From an uncultured candidatus Porisulfidus sp. (GTDB taxonomy: Bacteria > Pseudomonadota > Gammaproteobacteria > Poriferisulfidales > Poriferisulfidaceae), in the NCBI GenBank assembly GCA_965116025.1, contig OZ220480.1:768001-832000 (forward strand): a DNA stretch of 64,000 nt, written 5' to 3'. The notes beneath the pieces were generated by a model. That model was not told the DNA's origin. It saw only the letters and a program-made list of their open reading frames with translations, and did no database searches. A program made the position numbers and the translations under genes. Below are positions 51,061 through 62,788 of this stretch, in pieces (the stretch's first letter is position 1; every line of letters begins with the position of its first letter).

Positions 51061-51972
51061 CTAGATCGAGAGCGCGACGCAACGGCGGGATCGCCCATCC
51101 TCCGGCAAGCTGGCTCCCAAGTCGAGGCAGGCGTCCGGCGCGGGGTTCTCGCGCAGGGGGAAGCCCAGCCCCCGCTCCGGCAGCGGCAACGCCCGCGCCA
51201 GCGGGGGCAGCAGCAGCAGCCGCAGCCCCTCCGTGTCGAGAGCGGGCTTGGGCCAGCGCGCCTGGAAGACGTTCTGGTCCAGCGTCACGACCCGGGAGTC
51301 CAAGCTGAGCCGCATCCGCTCGTACCCTCCGGAGAAGGCCCGGCGCATCTGCCCGAACAGGCGCTCTCGGTTGGCCGCGAGATTGCGGTGCATGTCGAAG
51401 CGGTGGCGCGCCGCGAACGCCTCGGCCACGCTCTCCATCCACTGGACGAAAAGGTGGTAGAACCCGAAATTTCCGTACTCCCGAACCTCCTCCAGCCGCG
51501 CTTGGTCGTCCTGGACGTCGACCACGCTGACCCAGCTCCGGCCACGTCCGAGCTCGATGATCCCGTAGCGGCCGGGCGAAAGGTCCCGCGCCGCCAGCAG
51601 CGCGGTCGGGATCGCGCCGCGCGGCTCGTAGCCCAGCGCCTCCAGCACGCCAAGCAAGGATTCGAGGCGCGCCCGCTCGATTCCGGCCCCGACCAGCAGG
51701 TCGAGCGGTCCCGCGCCCTCCGACAGGAATCCTCGCAGCTGGAAGTACGCTAGATCGGAGGAGGACGGGCCCCGGCTCGCTTTCGGCTCCGGGGCCTCGA
51801 GGTACTCGTTGCTCTCGCGGTCGTCCCCCACGGGCCGCAACAGCTCGCCCGCTCCCTCCCCGAACCGCCACGCGCCGTCCTCGTCCTGTCGGGCGGAGCA
51901 CCATTCGGTCCGCCATTCGGCTCCGTCGGGCCGCGCCAGCGCGTAGCTGTCGATCCTAATCGGCGGGTTCAT
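51061..51972 (-). CDS. Hypothetical protein
   Basis: Tightly packed ORF within the operon; no motif recognised. Confidence 0.6.
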   Translation of the reverse strand: MNPPIRIDSYALARPDGAEWRTEWCSARQDEDGAWRFGEGAGELLRPVGDDRESNEYLEAPEPKASRGPSSSDLAYFQLRGFLSEGAGPLDLLVGAGIERARLESLLGVLEALGYEPRGAIPTALLAARDLSPGRYGIIELGRGRSWVSVVDVQDDQARLEEVREYGNFGFYHLFVQWMESVAEAFAARHRFDMHRNLAANRERLFGQMRRAFSGGYERMRLSLDSRVVTLDQNVFQARWPKPALDTEGLRLLLLPPLARALPLPERGLGFPLRENPAPDACLDLGASLPEDGRSRRCVALSI

Positions 51973-52840
51973 GGGTCGTCCGGGCGCTCTCCCGCAGATA
52001 GCGCAACAGATGGGTCTGGCAATGCTCCTGGGAGTCCAGCACCAGCGACTCCTGGGCTTCCTGCAACTTATGCAGCAGCAGCATGATGAACAGGCTGATC
52101 AGCAAGGCCACGAAGGTCGAGTTGAAGGCCACTCCGAGACTCTCCGTGACTGGCCCGATGTTGCCGCGGGTGGCCTCCTCGGCCTGCGCCAGGGCCGCGC
52201 CGATCCCGCGCACCGTCCCGATGAAGCCGAGCGAGGGGATCGCCCAGGTCAGATAGCGCACCAGGGCCAGCTCGGTCTCCAGGCGGTCCGATTCCATCTC
52301 GCAGCTGGCCTTCATGGCGGCGGTCGCGTCCGCCACGGAGCGCGTGGTGAAGAAGCGGTCCAGGCAGGCGTCGGCGGCCCGGTACAGCACGGTGCCCGCG
52401 TAGCCCAGCTCGCGCGCGCGCTCGCGGACGTCGGCGAAGCGCGCCCGGTCCTCGGCCTGGGGCAGGATCAGGTCGGCGTCCCGAGTCTCCAGAAAGCTGT
52501 CCTCGCCGCCGCGGCCGCGCTGCCGCAGCAACCCGCGCCCGAAACGCAGCTTCTGCAGCTTCATCCACATGATGGCGAGCGCCCAGAGCAGAGCGACGAA
52601 GCAGGCCTCCTGCTCGTAGTCTTTGATGACCACCGCGACCCGCGCTCCGAACGTCGCTTCGGCGACGTCGGCCCGCTCCTCGGCGACCGCCTGGCGACGC
52701 AGCTCCTCCTGAGCGGTCGGTCGCACGACGAGCTCGTACGTCGCGTGCGTCAGCGCGAACGACAGCGCCAGCGCCAGAACCTGCCAGAGGGCCTCGCGCT
52801 CTCGCCAGCGCCGAACCAGATTCGCCAGACTAGATGTCAC
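51956..52840 (-). CDS. MotA/TolQ/ExbB proton channel family protein
   Basis: WAIPSLGFIGTVRGI, LGVAFNSTFVAL. Confidence 0.9.
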   Translation of the reverse strand: MTSSLANLVRRWREREALWQVLALALSFALTHATYELVVRPTAQEELRRQAVAEERADVAEATFGARVAVVIKDYEQEACFVALLWALAIMWMKLQKLRFGRGLLRQRGRGGEDSFLETRDADLILPQAEDRARFADVRERARELGYAGTVLYRAADACLDRFFTTRSVADATAAMKASCEMESDRLETELALVRYLTWAIPSLGFIGTVRGIGAALAQAEEATRGNIGPVTESLGVAFNSTFVALLISLFIMLLLHKLQEAQESLVLDSQEHCQTHLLRYLRESARTTHEPAD

Positions 52841-53057
52841 TGGGCATGTCCACGGCCTCGTCGAGAGAGATCTTCTCCTTCGGAAGCAACTCCCGGATCG
52901 TGACCGGCGGCGCCTCTCGCTCTCGCTTGATGTCGTCCTCGGTCAAGGTCTCGACGATCCGCCGTCCCTCCTCTCCCTCCGCCCCCGGTTCGGCGGGCTC
53001 CTCGGCCCACGCCAGAGCCGAGGCCGCGCAGAGGAGCGCCCACCCGGCGCCCCTCAT
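52830..53057 (-). CDS. Small secreted acidic protein
   Basis: Signal peptide MRGAGWALLCAASALAWA; ends EKISLDEAVDMPSDI; overlaps neighbours. Confidence 0.6.
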   Translation of the reverse strand: MRGAGWALLCAASALAWAEEPAEPGAEGEEGRRIVETLTEDDIKREREAPPVTIRELLPKEKISLDEAVDMPSDI

Positions 53058-54868
53058 GGCGCCTCCAGGTAGTGGGCCAGCCGGAACCCCACGTCGTCCC
53101 GGGGCCCGCGGCCATAGCGACGATGGGTCAGGCTCAGCTCCTTGCGGCTTGCGTCGCGCCAGCCGAAGCCCCGGATGACATGGTGCGGGCCGCTGGCCTC
53201 GCCCAGGGGGTTGACCCGTTCCAGCTCTCGGCCGGCCGAGATCCGAAGTCTTTCCAGAAACACGTCGTGCACCCATTCCGCCACGTTGCCCGGCAAATCA
53301 TACAACCCCCGTCGGGACGGCGGGAAGCTCCCGACCTCGGCGCTGGCGGCGTGTCCGTCGTCGTACCCCTCCAGCGTCGGCTGGACGATGGCCGTGGCGG
53401 AGGCGTCCGCCAGGTTGCCGAAGCGATTCGGGGGCGGCAGAAAATCTCCCCAGGCGTAGCGCCTCTCGGAGCGGGTCAGCCAGACCCACTCGGCCTCGCT
53501 CGGCAGGCGATATCCGGTCGCGCTCGAGTCGAATCCCTCGACTTTCCCGTCCCGAGTCCGGTAGAACGGCGCGATGCCCGCCCGCTCGCTCATCCAGTTC
53601 GCGAACAGCGCCGCGTCTGCCCAGCTGACCCGAGCGACCGGCTGGCTCGCCCGGTCCAGGCGCTCGCCCAGGACCTCCCCGGACTCGTGCGCGCTCCGAA
53701 ACTTCAGGAACAGCTCGTTGGTGACCTCCTTGTCCATGATCGCGAACGGTCGCGTCAGACGAACCGGGACGCGCCGGCGCGTGGTCGCGATCTCGAACGA
53801 CTCGTACGGTCGGAACTCGACGAAGACCAGCCCGAGGTCGCGCTCCCGCTTGCTGCGCCGGTCGCGCTCGGCCTCGGTCCGCGACCGCAGGACCGCGGAG
53901 AGGATCTTCGGTTCCTCGGGGTGGGGCGTGACGGTGTATTTCCCCGGCAGATAGTCTGGCGCGGACACCTCGATGACGTGCGCCTTCTGCGGCAGTCGCA
54001 ACTGGCGCCGAGTCTCGATTCGCCCGTTCACGCGGACCGTCGCGTTGGCCGGGTTCGGGCGCAGATCCAGCGAGCCGTCGCGGGGAGTCAGCGTCACCGC
54101 GTGCTCGCGCGGTCCGGACGCGAGCTTCAGGGTCCGGCTGTTCGGGACGTGGCCGGGCAGCGCCACGACGACCTCCACCTCGGCGCCTGGCGCGAACCGG
54201 AACCGCTTCGGCGCGCGTCCCTTCCAGGCGCCGTCGATCAGGATGTCCGCGCCTTCCGGCGCGCTCGCGACCGCGAGCGTGGCCGGCGCCACCACCTCGC
54301 TTAGGGGGATCTCGATCTCGGTCAGCCGCCCGTACCCCTCGACTTCCACGGTCCGCCGGGCCTCTTCGAAGCCTTCCGCGCGAACCCGCGCGACATGGAT
54401 TCCGGGCGCGAGGCCCTCCAGCGTCTCGCCGACCTTTCCGGCGCGCTCGCCGTCCACCAGAACCTCCCCGTCGGTCTCGGGGGTCGTGGAGACCCGGAGC
54501 TTGCCCGGCAGGGGATCCAAGGTCACCCGCACGACGCCGCGCGCCGTCTCCGCCTCGAACTCGACGCGCCGGGAGCGGTGCCCTTCCGCCGACACGTCCA
54601 CGACATGCCGGCCGCTCCAGAGCAAGGCTTTCTCGCCCACCATCACGTGCGGCCCCTCGACGCGCGCCGTGGCCTCAATCGGGTCGGTCTCGAAGCCGAC
54701 GAGGTGGATCCGCTCCGCGACCAGCCAGGCGCTCCCCGCCAGCGCCGCGAGCGCGAGAGTCGCCGCCGCGATCCTCCGGAGTCGGAGTCGCGGCGGGCGC
54801 TTCCGGGGCGCTCTCTCTCCCGGCGGTCGGTAAGGCCGCGTCGAGATCGGCTCGTGGTCCAGAATCAC
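53054..54868 (-). CDS. PEGA-repeat + FGE-sulfatase (SUMF1-like) domain protein
   Basis: N-terminal TM, VASAPEGADILIDG PEGA repeats, EVTN, PVARVSWADA, YRLPSEAEW, LPGNVAEWV, VGFRL. Confidence 0.88.
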   Translation of the reverse strand: MILDHEPISTRPYRPPGERAPRKRPPRLRLRRIAAATLALAALAGSAWLVAERIHLVGFETDPIEATARVEGPHVMVGEKALLWSGRHVVDVSAEGHRSRRVEFEAETARGVVRVTLDPLPGKLRVSTTPETDGEVLVDGERAGKVGETLEGLAPGIHVARVRAEGFEEARRTVEVEGYGRLTEIEIPLSEVVAPATLAVASAPEGADILIDGAWKGRAPKRFRFAPGAEVEVVVALPGHVPNSRTLKLASGPREHAVTLTPRDGSLDLRPNPANATVRVNGRIETRRQLRLPQKAHVIEVSAPDYLPGKYTVTPHPEEPKILSAVLRSRTEAERDRRSKRERDLGLVFVEFRPYESFEIATTRRRVPVRLTRPFAIMDKEVTNELFLKFRSAHESGEVLGERLDRASQPVARVSWADAALFANWMSERAGIAPFYRTRDGKVEGFDSSATGYRLPSEAEWVWLTRSERRYAWGDFLPPPNRFGNLADASATAIVQPTLEGYDDGHAASAEVGSFPPSRRGLYDLPGNVAEWVHDVFLERLRISAGRELERVNPLGEASGPHHVIRGFGWRDASRKELSLTHRRYGRGPRDDVGFRLAHYLEAP

Positions 54869-55644
54869 CGGATCTTCTCGGCGCACCGGATATCCAGGAC
54901 GGGGGACTCTCCGGGGCGCACCCGCAGGGCGGCGCGGGCGTCTCGATATCCGGGCCGGCTGGCGACGACGATATAGTCGCCGGGCCGCAGCCGCAGGACC
55001 TGCCGCTCCAGCGGCCCGATCTCCCCGATCCCGTAGATCTCCACGCGGGAGCGGCCGTCCGAGGTCAGGGTGACCGAGACCGGCGACTCGGCCAGCTGGA
55101 GCGTGGCGGCGGTCTCCGCGCGCGCGGCGGTGATTTTCCGGTCCTCCAGCTTTCTCTCCTTGAGGAAGGCGAGCCATTCGCGCGCGCGCGCGCGGCCGAC
55201 CTTGTCATACAGTCCGTCTGGCAGATTCAGCGCCGCCAGCCGGCGATGCGCCTCAAGATATGGGGCGACCCGCGCGCGGCCGTCGTGGGCCTCCTTGTTG
55301 CGCGGAGACGCGGCCTGCGCCTTGAGGTAGGAGGCGTCCGCCGCGGCCCAGTCCTCGCGCTCCCGGGCCGCCCGCGCTTGGCCCAGCAGAGGCCGGGCCT
55401 TCTGGAATTGGAGCTCTGTCCGCGCCTGGAGGAGATAGTCTTGGGCTCGTGGTCCGTCCACGCGCGCCCACAGCCGCGCCGCGAGGGCCCAGTCCTCGTC
55501 GAGCGTCGCGCGAAACGCTTGGTCCCGAACGCTCTCGCCGGCGGCGTCGCCCGCGGCTAGAGCCGCGGCCAGCGCGAGCGCGAGAGGTTTCAGTTCCGCC
55601 CGCTCCGCTCCGCCCGGTAGACCTCGTTGAGGATCTCGTGCCAC
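54865..55644 (-). CDS. Exported helical-repeat protein with C-terminal PEGA-like domain (start uncertain)
   Basis: Hydrophobic N-terminus; TLTSDGRSRVEI...LRPGDYIVVASRPGYRD. Confidence 0.65.
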   Translation of the reverse strand: MARDPQRGLPGGAERAELKPLALALAAALAAGDAAGESVRDQAFRATLDEDWALAARLWARVDGPRAQDYLLQARTELQFQKARPLLGQARAAREREDWAAADASYLKAQAASPRNKEAHDGRARVAPYLEAHRRLAALNLPDGLYDKVGRARAREWLAFLKERKLEDRKITAARAETAATLQLAESPVSVTLTSDGRSRVEIYGIGEIGPLERQVLRLRPGDYIVVASRPGYRDARAALRVRPGESPVLDIRCAEKIR

Positions 55645-56768
55645 TGCTGATACTGCTCCTCGACCGATCCGGAGAGCGTGCGAGTCTGGTTCTCCACCTG
55701 CACGACCTGGGGCTCGACCTCCATGTTGAGCGACAGCCCAAGCTCGGTGAGCGCGGCCTCGTGCACCTCCGTCGCCGCGTAGTCCTGATAGGCGTCGTAA
55801 GCCCCGTAGGCCCCGGCGACTGTGAGGACCTGTCCGAGCTGCCTTCCCTCCGTGCTTCCGGAATCGACCGCGACGGCCACGCCCGCGATGACGGCCAGGG
55901 CGCTCAGGACCCCCTGCGTCACGCTGGCCGCGACGCCCTCGTCGTGCGCGCGCCGCTCGTAGAAGCTCTGCCGCGCCCAGTCCCGATACGAATCGTCAAT
56001 TTTCTCCGAGAAGCTTTCCGAGTATTCCTGCAGAGTCTCGATGAACATGTCGTCGCGCTCCTTGATCTGCAGGACCAGCTGGTACATCGTGTCCTCCTCG
56101 GCCGGCAGCGAGACCAGCCGGGCGCGCCCGTCCTTCTCCTGGACATGGTGACGGAACGCCTTCGGCGCGAACTCCTTGGCGAAGCGCAACTCCGCCACGC
56201 CGCGGATCTCCCGCATGGCGGCCGCGCCTTGACGGTCGCGCTCGAGAAGCAGGTCTCGCGCGATTCGGTCGAAAATCTCGTCCAGCGGGCGCGCCGCCTC
56301 CTCGCCGGCGTAGTCGACGTCCCGGAACTCGTGCTCGTAGACGCGGTCGAGCCACTCCGCGCCGGTCGCGTCGCGGGCGCGGATCCGCAACTCGATCTCA
56401 GTGCCGTTGGACTTCAGGATCTCGCCCTCGATCCGCAGGTCCGCGACCGCGCTTTCCGGCATCACCCACACATGCCGCCAGCCGCCGCCGCGCAGCATCG
56501 CCTGGCGCAGCTGCTGGGGAAAATACAAGGTCTCGGCCTTCCGCACCAGAGGAAAGGTCTCGCCTTCGGCCACCTCCTCCGGGTCGGCCTCGCCCGTGAA
56601 ACGGACGATGCCGGCGTCCAGGTGCAGCTCTTCCGGAACCGGCTCCGGCGGCGGCTCTTTCGCGGAGTCGCCGCCGAGCAGGGACCCGACGCCGCCTCCC
56701 ATCTGGCATCCGCCGGCCAAGGCCAAGGCCAAGGCGAGCGGGATTATCCTTTTTTCAGGGTTTCGCAT
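55590..56768 (-). CDS. Hypothetical lipoprotein
   Basis: Lipobox LAGGC after a hydrophobic stretch; 392 aa. Confidence 0.75.
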   Translation of the reverse strand: MRNPEKRIIPLALALALAGGCQMGGGVGSLLGGDSAKEPPPEPVPEELHLDAGIVRFTGEADPEEVAEGETFPLVRKAETLYFPQQLRQAMLRGGGWRHVWVMPESAVADLRIEGEILKSNGTEIELRIRARDATGAEWLDRVYEHEFRDVDYAGEEAARPLDEIFDRIARDLLLERDRQGAAAMREIRGVAELRFAKEFAPKAFRHHVQEKDGRARLVSLPAEEDTMYQLVLQIKERDDMFIETLQEYSESFSEKIDDSYRDWARQSFYERRAHDEGVAASVTQGVLSALAVIAGVAVAVDSGSTEGRQLGQVLTVAGAYGAYDAYQDYAATEVHEAALTELGLSLNMEVEPQVVQVENQTRTLSGSVEEQYQQWHEILNEVYRAERSGRN

Positions 56769-58396
56769 TTCTCTCTCAGTCGCTCGCGAACTTCGGGGTC
56801 TTTCTCTCGCCGCGCGAGATCGCAGACCTGGCGCGTGACGATGTCCTCGTCCGTCTCGTAGTCGTCCGGCTCGCGGGCCTCCCCGGTCTGGGCGCTCCCC
56901 GGGACCCCGCCGCCCTTGTTGGATTCGGCCGTTTCCTCCCGGGCGTCTTCCGGGCCCTCCCGACCGGCTTGGCGCTCCTCGCTCTTCTCTCGCCCCGCTC
57001 CGCCGACTCCGGCTCCACCGCCTCGCCGCTCCTCTCGCTCCCGACGGGCCTCGTAGCGGGCGTCGAGCAGGATCTGGTCGACGCGGCCCAGCGCCGCCTG
57101 GGCGCGAGCGAGGCTGGCGGCGCGTTTTTCCTCGACGCTCTCGCCGCCCGCGAGCTCGGGGTCTCTCCCTCCCATTCGCCGCGCGGAAGCGCTTTCCGCG
57201 TCCACGCCGTCATCAGGCGTCTCGCCCATCGCTGCTCGCTCCGCGGGCGCGCGTTCTGGCGTGGCGAGATCCTCAGGGGACTCGCTCCGCGTGGGTGCTT
57301 CGGGAGCTTTCGCCTCGGCGGTCTCTTCGGCTTTCGGACTCCGCTCCGCTTGGGCCTCTTGGCCGTCGAGCAGGATCTGGTCGACGCGGCTCAGCGCGTC
57401 TTGGGCGCGCTCAAGGCTGGCGGCGCGCTCTTCCTCGACGCTCTCGCCGCCCGCGAGCTCGGGGTCTCTCTCTCCCATTCGCGGCGCGGAAGCGCTCTCC
57501 GCGTCCTCGTCGTCATCGGGCGTCTCGCCCATCGCTTCCCGCTCCGCGGGCGCGCGTTCTGGCGTGGCGAGATCCTCAGGGGACTCGCTCCGCGTGGGCG
57601 CCTCAGGAGCTTTCGCCTCGGCGGTCTCTCCGGCTTTCGGACTCCGCTCCGCTTGGGCCTCTTGGCCGTCGAGCAGGATCTGGTCGACGCGGCTCAGCGC
57701 GTCTTGGGCGCGCTCAAGGCTGGCGTCGCTCTCTTCCTCGGCGCTCTGGTCGCCCGCGAGCTCGGGGTCTCTCCCTCCCATTCGCCGCGCGGAAGCGCTT
57801 TCCGCGTCCACGCCGTCATCGGGCGTCTCGCCCATCGCTGCTCGCTCCGCGGGCGCGCGTTCTGGCGTGGCGAGATCCTCAGGGGACTCGCTCCGCGTGG
57901 GCGCTTCGGGAGCTTTCGCCTCGGCGGTTTCTTCGGCTTTCGGACTCCGCTCCGCTTGGGCCTCTTGGCCGTCGAGCAGGATCTGGTCGACGCGGCTCAG
58001 CGCGTCTTGGGCGCGCTCAAGGCTGGCGTCGCTCTCTTCCTCGGCGCTCTGGTCGCGCGCGAGCTCGGGGTCTCTCTCTTCTTTCTCCAGCGCGGTGGCG
58101 CTCTCCGCGTCCTCGTCCTCAGGCTTCTCGCTCGCCGCCTCTCGTTCCGGCGGCGGCTCGTCCGGCATGGCGAGATCCTCGGGAGGCTCGCTCCGCGGGG
58201 GCGCCTTGGGGATATCCCTTTCGACGGGCTCCTCGACTTTCGGACTCAGCCCCGCGCGATTCTCGTCCGAAATCAGGCGCAGGGCGATTCGCTCGCCAGA
58301 ATCGGAGGCGACGGGGAACGGGGAATCCGCGGCGTGTCCGGCGCCGCCAAGCGACGCCAGCAACCCCAGCGAAAGCGCTCGCGCGTGCATGTGCAT
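56744..58396 (-). CDS. Secreted acidic low-complexity protein with 101-aa repeats
   Basis: Signal peptide; repeated LERAQDALSRVDQILLD; C-terminal DEDIVTRQVCDLARREKDPEVRERL. Confidence 0.75.
   Translation of the reverse strand: MHMHARALSLGLLASLGGAGHAADSPFPVASDSGERIALRLISDENRAGLSPKVEEPVERDIPKAPPRSEPPEDLAMPDEPPPEREAASEKPEDEDAESATALEKEERDPELARDQSAEEESDASLERAQDALSRVDQILLDGQEAQAERSPKAEETAEAKAPEAPTRSESPEDLATPERAPAERAAMGETPDDGVDAESASARRMGGRDPELAGDQSAEEESDASLERAQDALSRVDQILLDGQEAQAERSPKAGETAEAKAPEAPTRSESPEDLATPERAPAEREAMGETPDDDEDAESASAPRMGERDPELAGGESVEEERAASLERAQDALSRVDQILLDGQEAQAERSPKAEETAEAKAPEAPTRSESPEDLATPERAPAERAAMGETPDDGVDAESASARRMGGRDPELAGGESVEEKRAASLARAQAALGRVDQILLDARYEARREREERRGGGAGVGGAGREKSEERQAGREGPEDAREETAESNKGGGVPGSAQTGEAREPDDYETDEDIVTRQVCDLARREKDPEVRERLREKCETLKKG
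57062..58200 (-). repeat. About four tandem 303-bp repeats
   Basis: gtcgagcaggatctggtcgacgcggc recurs at 57062, 57365, 57668 and 57971. Confidence 0.92.
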
Positions 58397-58481
58397 GGTT
58401 TTCGGTATTATAACGGGCGAATCCCCCGCCCCTCTATAATCGGTTCCCTAGAACCCCGCCGCCCCGGCGGGCCGAAGCCGC

Positions 58482-59042
58482 ATGCTCGCCTCGCTGTCCG
58501 CCCTCGTCGATCAGGCTCTGCGCACCGACGAGCGCGCGCGGGCGCGCCTGCGCGCGATGGGGCGGCGCTCGATCCGGCTGGAACTCGCCCCGTTGCCCGC
58601 CGTCGGCTTGCGCGTGGACGACGGCCGGCTGGCCGTGGAACCCCCGGACGAGCGGGCGGACCTCGCGGCGCGCGGACACGTCTTGGCGTTCGCCCGGTAC
58701 GCGATCAACGGCCGGGCCGATGGGGTCCGCGTGGAAGGCGACGCCGAGCTCGCGCGGGACTTTCGGGACTTCGTGGTCGCCCTGGATATCGACTGGGAGG
58801 AACTGCTGTCGCGGGCCATCGGCGACGTTCCGGCTCGATTGATGGCGCGGACCTTCGGAGAAGGACGGCGCGCGGCCCGGAATTTCCACGCCGCGGCCGA
58901 GAGCGACGCTAGCGACTGGCTGCGTGAGGAATCGGGTCTGTTGCCGAGCGCCGACGAGCTGGACCGCTTCGCGCGAGTGGTGGACCGACTCCGCGATGAT
59001 CTGGAGCGATTCGAGCTGCGGCTCGACCGCGTCCGGTCATGA
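58482..59042 (+). CDS. ubiJ: Ubiquinone biosynthesis accessory factor UbiJ
   Basis: VRVEGDAELA, IDWEELLSRAIGDV, VDRLRDDLERFELRL; precedes ubiB. Confidence 0.88.
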   Translation: MLASLSALVDQALRTDERARARLRAMGRRSIRLELAPLPAVGLRVDDGRLAVEPPDERADLAARGHVLAFARYAINGRADGVRVEGDAELARDFRDFVVALDIDWEELLSRAIGDVPARLMARTFGEGRRAARNFHAAAESDASDWLREESGLLPSADELDRFARVVDRLRDDLERFELRLDRVRS

Positions 59043-60576
59043 CCCGACGGGGAGACGCCGTCGCGCGGCCGCTCTACATCTCATGGGTGCTGTTGCGCCA
59101 CGGCATAGACGAGATCGTCCTGTCTCGCTTCCGGCTCGGTCGCGTGACGTTGCGCCTGTTGCCCTGGCGCTGGTTTCGCCGGCCGCGGCGACGTTGGCCA
59201 GAGCGCGTCCGCCGCGCGCTGGAGGAGCTAGGGCCCATCTTCGTGAAATTCGGACAGATGGTGTCGACCCGGCGAGATCTGCTGCCCGCGGATCTGGCCG
59301 AGGAGCTGGCTCGCCTGCAGAATCGGGTGCCGCCGTTCGACGGCGCGGTCGCCCGGGACGTCATCGAGCGGTCTTTGGGACGAACGGTTCAGGAGATGTT
59401 CAGCGAGTTCGACGCGACGCCGCTCGCCTCGGCGTCGGTCGCCCAGGTGCACGCGGCGCGGTTGGGGGAGAGCGACGTCATCGTCAAGGTGTTGCGCCCG
59501 GGGATCGAGCGGACGATTCGCCGCGACATCCGGCTGATGCGCGCGATGGCCCGGGTGGCCGAGCGCTGCTCGGCGGAAGCCCGGCGCTTGCGTCCGGTCG
59601 ACCTGGTGGCCGAGTACGAGAGCGTCATCTTCAACGAGCTGGACCTGACCCGCGAGGCGGCGAACGCGAGCCAGCTGCGGCGAAACTTCCAGGACAGCCC
59701 TCTGCTGCGCGTGCCGGAGGTGCACTGGAACCACACCGCGCGGAACGTCATGACCATGGAGCGCATGCGCGGCATCCAGATCTCAGACCGCGCGGAACTG
59801 CTGCGCCACGGTGTCGACCTGAAGCTTCTGGCGGAGCGCGGCGTCGAGATCTTCTTCACCCAGGTGTTCGACCACAATTTCTTTCACGCCGACATGCACC
59901 CCGGCAACATCTTCGTCTCTCGGGAGACTCCGGAATCCCCGAAGTACAGCGCCGTGGATTTCGGCATCATGGGCTCGCTGTCGTCGTTTGACCAGCGCTA
60001 CTTGGCGCTCAACCTCGCGGCCTTCTTCGACCACGACTATCGGCGCGTCGCCGAGCTGCACGTGGAGTCCGGATGGGTTCCGCCGGGCACGCGGGTGGAG
60101 GATTTCGAGGCGGCCATCCGCGCCGTGTGCGAGCCGATCTTCCAGCGCCCGTTCTCCGAGATCTCGTTCGCGAACTTGCTGTTGCGGCTGTTCCAGACCG
60201 CGCGCCGGTTCCAGATGGAGGTGCAGCCGCAACTGGCGCTGCTGCAGAAGACCTTGGTCAACATCGAGGGACTCGGGCGGGATCTGTACCCGGATCTAGA
60301 TCTGTGGACGACCGCGAAGCCTTTCATCGACCGCTGGGTCCGCGAGCGGATCGGGTTGCCGGCGCTGTTTCGCTTGGCGCTCCATCGCCTGCCGCGACTG
60401 ATCGAGAACGCGCTCGGGGACTCCGCCCTAGCCCCGCCGAATCCCGCGCCCGCGCTCCGCGCGCGGCTCGACGAGTCCCGGCGCGCGTTGCGGCGCGCCC
60501 GCGTCTGGCTGGCCGCGCTCGCCACCGCGCTGGTGGCGCTGGGGAGTGGGTTGGCGGTCTCGCTCTGGGGAAGCGG

Positions 60577-60580
<4 letters not shown>
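59039..60580 (+). CDS. ubiB: Ubiquinone biosynthesis kinase-like protein UbiB
   Basis: LGPIFVKFGQ, ASASVAQVH, VKVLRP, FFHADMHPGNI, VDFGI. Confidence 0.96.
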
Positions 60581-62757
<2,177 letters not shown>

Positions 62758-62788
62758 TGGGCGAGCCCCGCGGTCGGGAAGGTCGGCG

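Noticed and set aside
53054-53300. FGE/CLec-type C-terminus as a possible diversity-generating retroelement target
   Set aside because: No template-repeat copy and no reverse transcriptase seen in the window.
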